A stretch of 64,000 nt of DNA from a bacterium (GCA_963669175.1 OY769902.1:544001-608000), one strand, 5' to 3'. Shown: positions 40,409 through 51,880, counted from the first letter of the stretch. Translations and numbers: made by a program. Notes: generated by a model not told the origin, from the sequence alone.

Positions 40409-42859
40409 TTATTGGTCAGCATGGGGAGTGTTCTGCCTTTTGTTCCCTTTTGTCTGTTCAAGCTGACTCAACAAGTGATCATATTCGGGAATGAGTTCGA
40501 TAAATTTTTCCAGTATCATGTTGTCCATGTAATAGAGCGCCTGATCCGCCAACCTTGAAAATCCTTCCAATCCATATTTCCTGCTGATCTCCTGGATTTT
40601 GTTGATAACCGATCGCGCTTCTGCCTGGGAATATGCTGTCCCCAGTTCTTTCCATCTTTCATGGATATCCGCTGTCAATTCCCGTATCGCGTTATCGATA
40701 TCTTTCCGGTTCAGCGATAGTGTGCCGTGAACCACGTGAACAGCGGAAAGTTCACTTTTCATGAAGGCTGGATTCTTGCTGGTGTGGTCAAGATATTGTG
40801 TCAGGGTGGCAATCAGCTTTTCACGTGTTACCGGTTTACGCAGGAACACAGCCGCTCCGGCAGCTTTGGCCTTTTCTTCCTGTTCGTGCATAACCGTCGC
40901 GCTCAAAGCAATAATGGGGATGTCAGAAAGTTCGGAATCTGCTTTAAAATGCGTAATTGTCTCCTGTCCATCCATTTCCGGCATGAACAGGTCGGTTACT
41001 ACCAGGTCTGGTTTGTGTGCTCGCGCAAGATCCAATCCTTCTTTACCGTGGTTTGCCACAACCAGCGATAAGTTCGTTGGCGCAAGAAAGGCTCGCATCA
41101 ATTTCTGGTTCAAATGGTTGTCTTCGATCAGCAGTATGGTTGCCGGTTCAAAAGTAATGTTCCGCCATGCTTTTTCAACCTGGCGCGAATCATCCTCAAT
41201 CGCAGCAACATCAATGTTCGGCAAGTGAACAATGAAGGTTGATCCTATCCCCTCTTCGCTTTCAAGCGAAACAGTACCGTTCATCAACGCTACCAGTTTT
41301 CGTGTAATTGTAAGACCGAGCCCCGTCCCGCCAAAGCGTCGCTGATCCTGACCATCGGCCTGGACAAACTCGTTAAATATTGCATCGTGTTGCTCTTTCG
41401 GGATGCCAACACCGGTATCCTGGATTTCAATTGACAGGTCTACAAGGCTGCTACTCTGTTCTGATCTGGAATACCGAACCCGCAAGGTGACAGAACCTTT
41501 CAGGGTGAACTTGATGGCGTTGCCAAGCAGGTTCAGGACAACCTGTTTGATACGCAAGTCATCGAGCAATAGTCCATCCGGGAGCCCTTCCTGCACATCC
41601 AGGGTGAATTTCAGTCCCTTGCCAACTGCTCGTTGTTCCATCAGGAGGTAGATTTCACGGAAAATCTGTGTTATTGAAACAGGTTGAGGATCGATCACCA
41701 ATTTGCCTGCTTCAATTTTTGACAGATCCAGCACGTCGTTAATCAGGTCCAGCAGTGTTTTGCCGCTGCTGGAAATAGCGTTAAGAAATTCCCGGTCCTG
41801 AGGATCTTCGATGCGTGATTCCAGAATCTCGGAAAAGCCCAGGATCGCATTCATGGGAGTACGGATTTCATGGCTCATATTTGCCAGGAACTGGCTCTTC
41901 GCATGGTTTGCAGCATCAGCTTCGATAGCCAGCAGATTGGCGGTGTCTATTGAAGCTTCAAGCTGGCGATTCAATTCCTGGATGGTGATCCGTTCAAGGT
42001 CAGCCTCGCGCGCCAGGGCATTTGCACGGTCCACGGCCATTGCAAGATCCTGGTTGGCTTCTGCTGCATCTTTGTTGGCTGTTCGCAGGTCTTTCAGCAC
42101 GTGGCTCAATTCAAGTTGCCGTTTCCGCTGCATTCGAAACCCTATGCCCACCCCGGTCATTCCCATTAACCATACCACCAGGTGGGTCACTGCGATGACA
42201 GTTGCGTGCCTTTCTTCCGAGCTATACAGTTCACTCAGGGGTGCAGTCACACTTATTCCGCCACGCACATCGCCGAGCTCATATCCCTGTTCAGCATGAC
42301 AGGGCAGGCAGGTTTCATCGGTTTCTAATGGCCACATCAGGCGAATATGGGGTTGTCCGCTGATTTCGATGACTTCCGAGACTTCATCGCTCCCTGATTC
42401 AAACTGTTCCAGGGCTTCAGTTTCCCAGGGATCTGCCTTGTTTGCCGGCCGGATCGGGTTCAGGCTGGTAATATGTCCTTTCACTCCAGAGAATTTTTTT
42501 GCCAGTTCATGAACCTGGCGAGTCATGTATGCCGGGTTGATTTTTGTCAGACGCTTTCCGGTAACCGTCGTAAGGTCGCGGTCTGTGTCATCGAGGAAAG
42601 GGTTGGGCTGGGTTGTTTCATCCACTTTCACATAAACACCACCATGCATGGCGTTCCAGTGACGGTAGAGAATATCCTTTTCGAGGGCTACACGCGCTTG
42701 CGTACGTGCAATGGCCAACGCCTGGGAATGGCTGGAATGTCTGCTCCAGATAAGCGAGCTGGCCAGGGTTAATGTCCAGATAAGGGCAACAAGATAATAC
42801 CCACCGGGCCTCAGGAAGGCTGCAGGTTGAGACATTTTTCTGGTCGACGGCTCTGTCAA
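40409..42859 (-). CDS. Hybrid histidine kinase with periplasmic DUF3365 (c-type heme) sensor
   Basis: HGGVYV, NPAYMTR, HITSL, CLPCH; SHEIRTPMN; GGTGLGL; C-terminal receiver. Confidence 0.92.
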   Translation of the reverse strand: MTEPSTRKMSQPAAFLRPGGYYLVALIWTLTLASSLIWSRHSSHSQALAIARTQARVALEKDILYRHWNAMHGGVYVKVDETTQPNPFLDDTDRDLTTVTGKRLTKINPAYMTRQVHELAKKFSGVKGHITSLNPIRPANKADPWETEALEQFESGSDEVSEVIEISGQPHIRLMWPLETDETCLPCHAEQGYELGDVRGGISVTAPLSELYSSEERHATVIAVTHLVVWLMGMTGVGIGFRMQRKRQLELSHVLKDLRTANKDAAEANQDLAMAVDRANALAREADLERITIQELNRQLEASIDTANLLAIEADAANHAKSQFLANMSHEIRTPMNAILGFSEILESRIEDPQDREFLNAISSSGKTLLDLINDVLDLSKIEAGKLVIDPQPVSITQIFREIYLLMEQRAVGKGLKFTLDVQEGLPDGLLLDDLRIKQVVLNLLGNAIKFTLKGSVTLRVRYSRSEQSSSLVDLSIEIQDTGVGIPKEQHDAIFNEFVQADGQDQRRFGGTGLGLTITRKLVALMNGTVSLESEEGIGSTFIVHLPNIDVAAIEDDSRQVEKAWRNITFEPATILLIEDNHLNQKLMRAFLAPTNLSLVVANHGKEGLDLARAHKPDLVVTDLFMPEMDGQETITHFKADSELSDIPIIALSATVMHEQEEKAKAAGAAVFLRKPVTREKLIATLTQYLDHTSKNPAFMKSELSAVHVVHGTLSLNRKDIDNAIRELTADIHERWKELGTAYSQAEARSVINKIQEISRKYGLEGFSRLADQALYYMDNMILEKFIELIPEYDHLLSQLEQTKGNKRQNTPHADQ

Positions 42860-42965
42860 AAGGCTGATACCCCCCAGATTCTCTCAAAAAGAAGTCATCC
42901 AGGTGAAAGATATACTATTGAAGCCCCCGGTGAATAGTATTCAGCAACGATTTGAGGACTTTTTT

Positions 42966-45158
42966 CTATTTAATCAGCACAGCCCGTTGAACCGCGCTGC
43001 TCCCGTTTGCCATGCTCGCTTTCAAGTAGTAGATCCCACTCGGTAAGCCTTCAGCGTTTACCTGTAGTGTATGTCTTCCGGATGCAAGCCAGCCTTTATA
43101 CAGTTCCATCACCTGCTGGCCAAGACAATTATACAACGCAATGTGCGCCTGTCCTGCTTCCGGTACCTCTACCGTGGAAAGCGCTACTGGATTGAACGGA
43201 TTGGGATACAAAGGATGCAGCGTAAACTGCTGCGGTGTCAACGTGTTCGTTATTTCTTCCACGTCAACTTCACTCATGGCGTCCGAGATGTCCAGTACAA
43301 GAATATCTTCTTCACGAATCACATACAGGCTGTTTTCCTTCATTCCTGTTGTAACAATCCCGCACCTGGCGCGGAATTGACCGACACTTGAAATCCAGCT
43401 TGGGTTGGTACAGTTGTAGATCATGATAGTGTTGTTGCGTGTAGTCAAAATGCAGCGTCCAGCTTTAAACAGAACTGATGTTGCAGTGTTTGAAAGCGCC
43501 TTGTGGGCCAGTTCTCTGGGCATATTCGAGTTGGAGATATCCACAATGCCTAACTCGGCCGGATAGGCTGTCTGATCAGCATAGTACACCAGTGTTTCTC
43601 TGTACAGGCTGATCCTGTCCATGCGCATCTGCGCCATCGTTGATCGCAGTTCGGGCGCAAGGTCTTCAGAAACATCGTAGATTCGCAGTTCATTATCCGC
43701 TCTTGCCTGTCCACGCTGGGCGACATATAACCTTGCCCCACATAAAAGCGCATCGGCAAACTCGCAACCAGGATCAGGGGAAATGGACTGGAGAATTGCA
43801 GGAGTGTCCTGAGCATTCGTTTCAAAAACAGTCACTTGATCCGATGTACAGACACACAGCGCAGAGCCATCAAAATGGAATGATCTGTGTTGACCGGGTA
43901 AGGTGAATTCATAAACCATACTGGGGTGGTTATCATTTATCACGTCAATCAGACCATAGGACTGGAAGCCAGATTCAATATTCCCTGTTACACAAGCGTA
44001 ATTGTTCCCCACTGTCACGTCGTTTCCAGCCCCCGGATCAACACACATGGCAAGCGGTTCAAACGTATCCGGACTTGAAGCATCAACGGTATAAAACATG
44101 CCTGGTTGACCTTTTACATAGGCGACATCCTCTTCAAAGCACAAGCCATTGATCTGCAATCCTCGTGTGACATTCGAGGCAATTTCCGGAGTGGAAGGAT
44201 TGGAGTAGTTCCAGCATTGCAACATCCCGTCCGAGCCAATATAAATGTACGGGTCAATGATTTTGATGGAAAATACGGGCGCGGTAATGGTTGTGGTAAT
44301 CACTTCCGGATTCTCCGCATCCTCCATGTCCAGCAGGTATATCTCGTCTTCATTGACAGCGTATACTTTGCCGCCATGAGCAATAACATCGCTTGCTCCG
44401 CTATTGGGCGGGAACGGATCATACCGGCATAATTCAACAGGCACATCCGGATTGGATATATCCAGCAACTTTATCCCGATAAACCGATGCAGCAGATACA
44501 ACCTGTTCTCGAAATGAGCCAGGTCTACCGCAATCCCCTCAATAACAAACGGCTCAGGTGATTCCGGGAATGGCAGCCCATCCAGATTCATAATGGCTAA
44601 TCCGGCTTCGCCATCGGCGATAAAAGCATAATCACCTACAATCTCAATCGCACGAGGGGTGCCAAAGGTATCTATGGTGTTCACAAGAGTCGGATGGAAT
44701 GCATCCGGAATATAAAACACAGCGAGACAGTTGTTGCCCGCTGTTATAAGAAACTGGTTCACTCGAACAAGATCAAAAGAGATATCTATGGGACAATGCA
44801 AAACAGAACAAGTAGTTGGGTGGGCATGATCTGCAATGTTGATAATGTAGAGATCGCGATCAGCCGATGTCGCATACAATACGGTATCACGGATCAGGAT
44901 ATTCGTAAGAATGGTGTTTGCAATCGTCAACCCGCCGATCCTGGTTGGGTTTGCAGGATCGGAGAAATCATAAACTGACAAGGTCTCTGTCCCATTGGTC
45001 GCAGCAAAAACATGCGGTCCTGATGTTTCCAGAGCGTGTATTTCGCCCCAGAATTCCATCGGAATAACGGCTTGGGTGGAGACGTTCAGACTGTCCTGAC
45101 CCAAGACGGGAAGGCAAATCGTGGCAAAAACAAACGCAATCAGTACAAGATGTTTCAT
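42966..45158 (-). CDS. Secreted LVIVD-repeat (beta-propeller) protein with sorting domain
   Basis: QDSLNV after the signal peptide; repeated YAF.AD...GL, LDISNP..P; YPNPFNP...LPSGIYY. Confidence 0.85.
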   Translation of the reverse strand: MKHLVLIAFVFATICLPVLGQDSLNVSTQAVIPMEFWGEIHALETSGPHVFAATNGTETLSVYDFSDPANPTRIGGLTIANTILTNILIRDTVLYATSADRDLYIINIADHAHPTTCSVLHCPIDISFDLVRVNQFLITAGNNCLAVFYIPDAFHPTLVNTIDTFGTPRAIEIVGDYAFIADGEAGLAIMNLDGLPFPESPEPFVIEGIAVDLAHFENRLYLLHRFIGIKLLDISNPDVPVELCRYDPFPPNSGASDVIAHGGKVYAVNEDEIYLLDMEDAENPEVITTTITAPVFSIKIIDPYIYIGSDGMLQCWNYSNPSTPEIASNVTRGLQINGLCFEEDVAYVKGQPGMFYTVDASSPDTFEPLAMCVDPGAGNDVTVGNNYACVTGNIESGFQSYGLIDVINDNHPSMVYEFTLPGQHRSFHFDGSALCVCTSDQVTVFETNAQDTPAILQSISPDPGCEFADALLCGARLYVAQRGQARADNELRIYDVSEDLAPELRSTMAQMRMDRISLYRETLVYYADQTAYPAELGIVDISNSNMPRELAHKALSNTATSVLFKAGRCILTTRNNTIMIYNCTNPSWISSVGQFRARCGIVTTGMKENSLYVIREEDILVLDISDAMSEVDVEEITNTLTPQQFTLHPLYPNPFNPVALSTVEVPEAGQAHIALYNCLGQQVMELYKGWLASGRHTLQVNAEGLPSGIYYLKASMANGSSAVQRAVLIK

Positions 45159-45368
45159 GATACGCTCCCCCTGGCAGTTCGGGTTTGAAAGTTGATGGGG
45201 TGCGGGGTAACTATGCTCTTGAAAAAAATACCATCATCAACCCTGTTTGCCAAGCAAGGTTCAACAGAAATAATAAAAAGTTGACCTATCTCCAGAGCTG
45301 ATCAGAGAAAGAAAGATCAGCTTCTTTCTTTGCTTCAATCCCCCTTCGTCAAGCTGTGATCAGACATG

Positions 45369-47387
45369 CTATTTCTGGTATAGAACCTTTAATAGGCGAG
45401 TTTGCTCAGCTTCAAGCCTGATGAAATAGACGCCGCTCGCCAGTTCCGTGCCGGGTCTCCAGGATAGCTGCCGTGTACCTTGCGCCACCCCCCTGAACAG
45501 GGACGTCACCTTGCGGCCATGCAGGTCATATACATTTACTGTGACCGGTTGCGCATCCGGCAACGCGAAAGATATCCGCAGCTCCGAGTTGAACGGATTC
45601 GGCCAGCCAGATACCAGGAAAAAATCTGAGGGTACAAATTGATCCTGGTCTTCCGATACATCGGTTACATCAAACCAGCTTGTAATATTCGCCAGTAATT
45701 CACGCATCTGCGGAGAAGGTTCAGCATTACCGGCCGGGGTTGCTTCCAGCGCATCAAACGACAGATACACCGTCTTGCAGCCAAACTCGTTGGAGATATG
45801 CCGTATCCCGGTACAATTGTTTGCAGATGTATAAAAGATCGGGACTGCCCCATTACGTGCGTACAGATAATCGGACCATTCACTCCTGTCATCATCAGCC
45901 AATATGTATTCCTGGATATAAAAAGTACCTGACACAGGATCATCCAGAACCCCGGTCATTACAGTACCGACACCGAGCGGATCGTTCCGTCCCTGGCTGA
46001 TTCCAAAGAAGTCGTAAGCGTAATCACCGACTTCAAACTCCGGTTCTTCACCTTCATTGTTACAATAGAAATAATCCACATCCACATATAACAGGTTGCC
46101 ACCTTTTACCAGGTAATCGACATAAGCATCATCTACCGAGTATTCCCTGGTAACCATCGCGTCATAACCCTGCCCAAAAACAAACACCGCCTCCCAATGA
46201 TTATCGGAAAGCAGAAAACGATCCAGACCATGATGAAATTCCGTACTCCATCGCACCGTGGAGAACCCGGCATCGGAAAGACTGGTCATCACAGGGTTAA
46301 CAACATCCTGCTGAGGAAATGCATCAATGACAAGAATGGAAGCAGCATCCAGTTCGACAACACTGAATTCATACTTTCCGGAAAATCCCCGGTAGACATC
46401 GTAGTAATATTCAACCCAATAGGTAATATTGTCCCCTGCTTCCGCAGGAAACGCATCGAGGTGAATGTAGCCGGTCCAGTTGAAGCTGTCTCCCACCTGG
46501 AACATTTGAATATGTAACGTGTCCGAGTCTTCACAATAACAATGTAATGATACTCCTTCTGGAGGATTCATCGGGAAAAACTGGGCTTTGACTTCGCAAA
46601 ACTTGTGAGGATTCGTAGTATTGGGTAGTTGTGTGACCTGGTATAACTGCGGGGGATTATACCCGGCATAAACTACGCTGGCTTGCAGCATGTATTCAAC
46701 AAGAGTGCCACCATCAAAATTGCTGGAATAGGCGCCCCAGGGCTCTTCGTAATCCTCCAGCCAGGGCCCGCTGAACCAGGAACGGGTTTCGCCGCGATCC
46801 GTAACATTGGATGCCAGAAGATAAGGATACCCTTCCTCTTCCAATTTTACAAACCCGACAACAAAACAGGGGGATTCTTCCAACGTACAAAAGATGGCCT
46901 CGCCGGGAGCAAATTCAACAAGAGTTTCCCAATACTGTGTACCATCCACCGATACTATTTCCGGACCATACAGACATTGCCCCAACGGTGAGATGTCTGT
47001 CGTTCCACGCTCCGGAGCAACCCCGGAAGGAAACAACGACTGACAAGCCGGATTGTATTCCCAGATATAAACTTCTATCTCTCCGTCAGTATAAAACTGC
47101 CCCCGAACAACATAGATACTACACGCCGTAAGCGGCTCTATTACAATACCAAACGTGTCACCAAGGGCGCCTGCACCAAGGTAATACTCCGCGCTGGTAA
47201 GGTAGGTGGGTATTGTAAATAACTCATCAAGTTCATCCAGATTCCCGGATAATACTGGACCACGTAACGCCTGTTGTTCCGGTGACAATAAGGTCAGTTC
47301 ATTTTCACCACAGTACGCCCTCCCGGAAAAAAACACAGAAAAGAGCATAATCAGGCATAGCAGTAAAATCAGATGGCTCCGGCACAT
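45369..47387 (-). CDS. Secreted acidic protein with sorting domain
   Basis: Signal peptide; WPNPFNS...LASGVYFIRL tail. Confidence 0.8.
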   Translation of the reverse strand: MCRSHLILLLCLIMLFSVFFSGRAYCGENELTLLSPEQQALRGPVLSGNLDELDELFTIPTYLTSAEYYLGAGALGDTFGIVIEPLTACSIYVVRGQFYTDGEIEVYIWEYNPACQSLFPSGVAPERGTTDISPLGQCLYGPEIVSVDGTQYWETLVEFAPGEAIFCTLEESPCFVVGFVKLEEEGYPYLLASNVTDRGETRSWFSGPWLEDYEEPWGAYSSNFDGGTLVEYMLQASVVYAGYNPPQLYQVTQLPNTTNPHKFCEVKAQFFPMNPPEGVSLHCYCEDSDTLHIQMFQVGDSFNWTGYIHLDAFPAEAGDNITYWVEYYYDVYRGFSGKYEFSVVELDAASILVIDAFPQQDVVNPVMTSLSDAGFSTVRWSTEFHHGLDRFLLSDNHWEAVFVFGQGYDAMVTREYSVDDAYVDYLVKGGNLLYVDVDYFYCNNEGEEPEFEVGDYAYDFFGISQGRNDPLGVGTVMTGVLDDPVSGTFYIQEYILADDDRSEWSDYLYARNGAVPIFYTSANNCTGIRHISNEFGCKTVYLSFDALEATPAGNAEPSPQMRELLANITSWFDVTDVSEDQDQFVPSDFFLVSGWPNPFNSELRISFALPDAQPVTVNVYDLHGRKVTSLFRGVAQGTRQLSWRPGTELASGVYFIRLEAEQTRLLKVLYQK

Positions 47388-47694
47388 ACAACCCCCTGGT
47401 GGATCGAATCACATGAACCGATGGGTACTGAGCGCTACATCATCTTTTCAGGACAAGGCGTATTCCTGAAAACATAGCGGGGTATTTCTAGCGAATACCC
47501 AGCTTGACTTGAACCCCCACCAAACAGATAACAATTCTAAACTAGAGAAATGACAGCAGGATAGCAATTCTTACAGGTCGAAAAAATATTTTTCAACCAC
47601 CGTTTCACGACGTGTATCACTTATTTTTCACGGACAACCTTCCTGTCTCACAATCCCTTAAAAACTATCTCACTATTGTTTACATTGTATTCAA

Positions 47695-48174
47695 GTGGAT
47701 TATCTCACGAAAGGCTTGGACATGACCCCATTCTTACAGCGTGTTTTTCAACCGGCAGACGGCAGTGATGAGTCAACCATCCATCGCCTGGGCCTTGGTT
47801 ATAGCATTCTGCTTCTTGAATCAGCAGATGCGGATGGAGAATTCGACCAGCCTTTGAAGAAAAACCTCTTGCAGACCATGATCAAACGGTACGGTCTTAA
47901 CACCAAAGAATCGTCAGAATTGAACGCACTTTTCCTCGCCAAAAATCATTCTCCCCTGAACGTCTGGGTGCTTTCACAGGACATCCGTCAGGGGATTGAT
48001 CACATGGTAAAATGGAAAATTCTGGATGAAGTCTGGCACGTTTTCAAGCGTGCTCACACCCCGGATTCTCTCGAAGATTACATCACCCAGAAGCTCGGAT
48101 TGTTGCTCGGCGTAAGCATGTCAGAAGCCGCCGAATCTCGTGTCCGAGTGGAAACCGGACTGGACGCTCTCTGA
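47695..48174 (+). CDS. TerB-like protein
   Basis: LLLESADADGEF, LDEVW.V, E......L..LLGVS pattern; divergent; ATG 47722 is an alternative start. Confidence 0.55.
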   Translation: MDYLTKGLDMTPFLQRVFQPADGSDESTIHRLGLGYSILLLESADADGEFDQPLKKNLLQTMIKRYGLNTKESSELNALFLAKNHSPLNVWVLSQDIRQGIDHMVKWKILDEVWHVFKRAHTPDSLEDYITQKLGLLLGVSMSEAAESRVRVETGLDAL

Positions 48175-48349
48175 CCTGAAAGTTTACACTCTGTCAACCT
48201 GCTCACCCAACAACTCACAACACTTTCTCATTTACATAGCATGCTTTAAATTATACAATACAAATATTTATCCTCATTTCCCCAAACTGGCCCGCCTCTT
48301 GTAATAGGTGTTCACAACAGGAAACACCTTATCGCAACAGGAGGCAAAC

Positions 48350-50299
48350 ATGCATCAACACTCCCTTTCATCGAGGTCTACACGACCCAACAAAACGGCC
48401 TTCTCGGGATACGTAAACCGTACCTGGATCGTCACCATTCTGGCAATCAGTTTCATCCTGCTGGCCAGCCTTTCCATACACATGCTTTTACACTCGAACT
48501 TCCACAAGCCCACCACCTCAAATGCGGACAAACTGCCTGTCCGCAGCAGAGATGTTCTACCGGCTTCTGACCCTCTTCATACATCACCCGGAGAGAGATT
48601 GTCCGTCTCGACTCCACCATCATCTGTTGCCGGGTCCGACACCGATGCCATTGCAGAATCACCTGCTCCACTCACGTCAGTTGTGATCAACTCTGCAGAA
48701 CCTTTAAGAGAGCAAAGACAACAACTGCTTGTTGAGGCCGCCAGCAGGGCTCAACAGACAGTGTTTGCCGCAAAAGCAAGGGGATACGGCGCTGGAGGTT
48801 ATGATGATTCTCAAGGCATGACCCCTTCTCGTTCAAGGTATACACTAGACAACACGGGATATTCCCCTCCTGTGAACTGGAATACGGAAGAGTATGAATA
48901 CACGGAGGAAAACGCTGTTAAGGCCGTATCTCTGCACCCTACCTCCACTTTCTCCATTGATGCGGATGCGGCATCCTATGCGAATGTCCGTCGGTTTATC
49001 ACAAATGGGAGTCTTCCACCGGCAAGTGCTGTGCGGCTTGAAGAGATGATCAATTATTTTAACTATAATTATCCGCAACCTGAAGGAAATCTTCCCTTTG
49101 AAGTTGTCACAGAACTGTCTGCCTGCCCCTGGAATGACCAGCGTTTGTTGCTGCATGTGGGATTACAGGGCAAGCATGTTGATGTACAGACCGCCCCGGC
49201 AAGCAATCTTGTTTTCTTGATTGATGTTTCCGGGTCCATGAGTTCACCAGACAAACTGGAACTGGTGAAAACCGGGTTCACGATGCTGGTGAATCAATTG
49301 CGCCCAAAGGATCGTGTCGCTATCGTCGTATACGCCGGGAGTAGCGGCCTGGTACTGGAATCGACACCTGGCAAGCACAAGGAAACGATTCTTGAATCCA
49401 TCGGCAGGTTGCAGTCAGGCGGCTCTACGGCTGGTGGGGAAGGTATTCAACTGGCGTACAAGGTTGCCGAAGAGAACTTTATTCGTAGTGGAAACAACCG
49501 CGTCATCCTTGCGACTGACGGTGACTTTAATGTGGGCGTATCCAATACGGGCGATCTGACCCGGATGATCGAAGAGAAGCGTGAGGGTGGCGTTTTCCTG
49601 AGCGTACTTGGTGTGGGGCGTGGGAACCTGAATGACCACTTGATGGAATCGCTCGCAGATCACGGGAACGGCAACTACAACTATCTTGACAATGCTATGG
49701 AGGCCGAACGTGTGCTGGTTGGGCAGATGGCCGGTACCCTGTACACCATTGCCAAGGATGTGAAAATCCAGGTCGAATTCAACCCGGCCAAGGTGAAAGG
49801 TTATCGTCTGGTCGGCTATGAAAACCGGATGCTCGCACACGAGGATTTCACCGACGATAAAAAGGATGCGGGCGAACTGGGAAGCGGACACACCGTAACG
49901 GCCTTGTATGAAATTATACCCGTAGATTCACCGGAAATGGTGCCAACCGGTGAGAATTATCGTTACCAGACCACTTCACCCATCTCTCATACGCAACCGG
50001 ATTTCTCGGAGGAATGGCTTACGGTGAAGCTTCGTTACAAGCAGCCCGACGGTGATGTCAGCGCCTTGATCGAGCATCCGTTATCCGGTACACCGAAGCA
50101 GTTGACAGCGACATCCGATGCCTTCCGTTTCAGTGCGGCCGTGGCAGAGTTCGGGATGCTCCTGAAAGAAAGCGATCAGAAGCAAGATGCGTCTTTTGAA
50201 CAGGCGCTTTCCCTGGCGCGTGGCGCACGTGGCGCTGACGAGGACGGGTTCCGTGCCGAATTCATCCGCTTGGTGGAAACGGCGGCAGCGCTGAAGTGA
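48350..50299 (+). CDS. VWA domain protein, YfbK-like
   Basis: STFSID.D.ASY, VRLEEMINYF, FLIDVSGSM, ATDGDFNVG, IAKDVKIQVEFNP; CAGGAGG RBS. Confidence 0.93.
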   Translation: MHQHSLSSRSTRPNKTAFSGYVNRTWIVTILAISFILLASLSIHMLLHSNFHKPTTSNADKLPVRSRDVLPASDPLHTSPGERLSVSTPPSSVAGSDTDAIAESPAPLTSVVINSAEPLREQRQQLLVEAASRAQQTVFAAKARGYGAGGYDDSQGMTPSRSRYTLDNTGYSPPVNWNTEEYEYTEENAVKAVSLHPTSTFSIDADAASYANVRRFITNGSLPPASAVRLEEMINYFNYNYPQPEGNLPFEVVTELSACPWNDQRLLLHVGLQGKHVDVQTAPASNLVFLIDVSGSMSSPDKLELVKTGFTMLVNQLRPKDRVAIVVYAGSSGLVLESTPGKHKETILESIGRLQSGGSTAGGEGIQLAYKVAEENFIRSGNNRVILATDGDFNVGVSNTGDLTRMIEEKREGGVFLSVLGVGRGNLNDHLMESLADHGNGNYNYLDNAMEAERVLVGQMAGTLYTIAKDVKIQVEFNPAKVKGYRLVGYENRMLAHEDFTDDKKDAGELGSGHTVTALYEIIPVDSPEMVPTGENYRYQTTSPISHTQPDFSEEWLTVKLRYKQPDGDVSALIEHPLSGTPKQLTATSDAFRFSAAVAEFGMLLKESDQKQDASFEQALSLARGARGADEDGFRAEFIRLVETAAALK

Positions 50300-50325
50300 T
50301 ATGATTCATACAGGCGAATCTCTTT

Positions 50326-50359
50326 ATCCCCGGCAGGAAGTTTGTGGCCGGGGATTTTT
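50326..50359 (+). terminator. Intrinsic terminator
   Basis: ATCCCCGGC...GCCGGGGAT followed by a T run. Confidence 0.7.
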
Positions 50360-50606
50360 GGTTGGTTTCAGGGAGCCGTTTTTCCTGATCTGATTGATGC
50401 TAATCTGCGAACGGTTTTCCTTGCAACAGAATTATTTTTACTTGGCATACATGTCACTCCTCTCGTAGCAGCATGCTGGATTAATCCTCGATTTCGTTGC
50501 GGCGTCTATTGAGCAGATATAGAACCTCTGTCTAACAAAATCTGGATATATGACCCGGCTGTTGGGAACAAAATCTTGTATCGTTCACCTTGACCAGGGA
50601 GTCCGC

Positions 50607-51848
50607 ATGAACACTCGACCACGTTTGCCACTATTGCTGGCAGCAGTACTCCTCCTGTTTTCAATTCAGGCGTATTCTCAGAACTCACGCCCCGGCACTA
50701 TATCAGGCTATGTATTCAGTAATGATTCTGAGACGCCCTTGTATGATGTACATGTTTCAATCCCGGAACTGGGACGAGAGATTTCAACAGATTCCACGGG
50801 TTTTTACACGTTGATTGCTGTCCAGTCCGGACGACATGACATCGTGTTTTATCGTTCGGGTTATGAAACCTGCACCCTTGAAGGCACCATGGTTATTCCC
50901 GGAAATGAAACCGATGCGGATTGCTATATGCGGCAGAAATCTGTTGCGGGAGAGAATCGCTTCCAATATCGGGAGGAAAAAGGTGTGTTCGAGGGACGTG
51001 TTGTTGATACTCGCGATCAACGCCCGGTTCCGGCTGTCCGGGTCATGATTGAGGAAACAAACCAATTTCAGGTGACAGACCGTGATGGTTATTTCCGATT
51101 CCATGATGTGGATTCCGGGATCTATACGGTAGTATTGCAGCATCGTGATTTTATGGAGAAGCGTTTTGACCGGGTGTATTTTGACGCAGATCGTGCCACC
51201 CCTGAAATCTTTGAGCTGGACACACGTCCGAATCAGCAACTCGCCGAACGTGACAACGAGGATCGTCAAGCTCCCCCTCCACCACAATCGTCCAGCCAAT
51301 ACGCTTTCAGGACAGCCCAGCCGGAATACTCGGCCCAGTCTGATTCTTACCAGCAGGACTACTCTGGTATGCCCATGGGTGATGGTGGTATGGGTAATGG
51401 TCCGGGTATGGGCGGCGGCCCCATCACTGGCGGCATGAATCAGGGTGGAGGCATGGGTGGCAGTCCGGGTATGGCTGGTGGTATGGGTGGCGGACCCGGT
51501 ATGGGCAGCGGTGGTGGCATGGGCGGCCCTCCCGGAAATAACAACCAGTATCGCAACGGAAATGCAGAAAAATCCTATCCCGGTTTGACCATCTATGGGC
51601 AGGTATACTACGCCGATGACACAAGCAAGCCGGTGAATCATTGCCGTGTCAGCCTGAGGAAATCCGGCCAAACTGTATTAACCGATCGTTATGGCAGATT
51701 TCAACTGGTGGCCCCACATCCGGGCGAATATGAGGTGATTGTATCTTGTACGGGTCGTGTGTCAGAGACCTATACGGTTCAACTTAGCTCACGAAGTGAC
51801 CGTAGAGAGCTGCAGATTTTTTTGAAAAGCCAACGCAGTAAATGGTAA
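50607..51848 (+). CDS. Secreted protein with three carboxypeptidase-regulatory-like domains and a Gly/Met-rich linker
   Basis: GTISGYV...TDSTG.Y; G.VVD...TDRDG.F; GGM repeats. Confidence 0.8.
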   Translation: MNTRPRLPLLLAAVLLLFSIQAYSQNSRPGTISGYVFSNDSETPLYDVHVSIPELGREISTDSTGFYTLIAVQSGRHDIVFYRSGYETCTLEGTMVIPGNETDADCYMRQKSVAGENRFQYREEKGVFEGRVVDTRDQRPVPAVRVMIEETNQFQVTDRDGYFRFHDVDSGIYTVVLQHRDFMEKRFDRVYFDADRATPEIFELDTRPNQQLAERDNEDRQAPPPPQSSSQYAFRTAQPEYSAQSDSYQQDYSGMPMGDGGMGNGPGMGGGPITGGMNQGGGMGGSPGMAGGMGGGPGMGSGGGMGGPPGNNNQYRNGNAEKSYPGLTIYGQVYYADDTSKPVNHCRVSLRKSGQTVLTDRYGRFQLVAPHPGEYEVIVSCTGRVSETYTVQLSSRSDRRELQIFLKSQRSKW

Positions 51849-51880
51849 TAGTAGGTGACCGATTCTTATGTAAGAAATAG

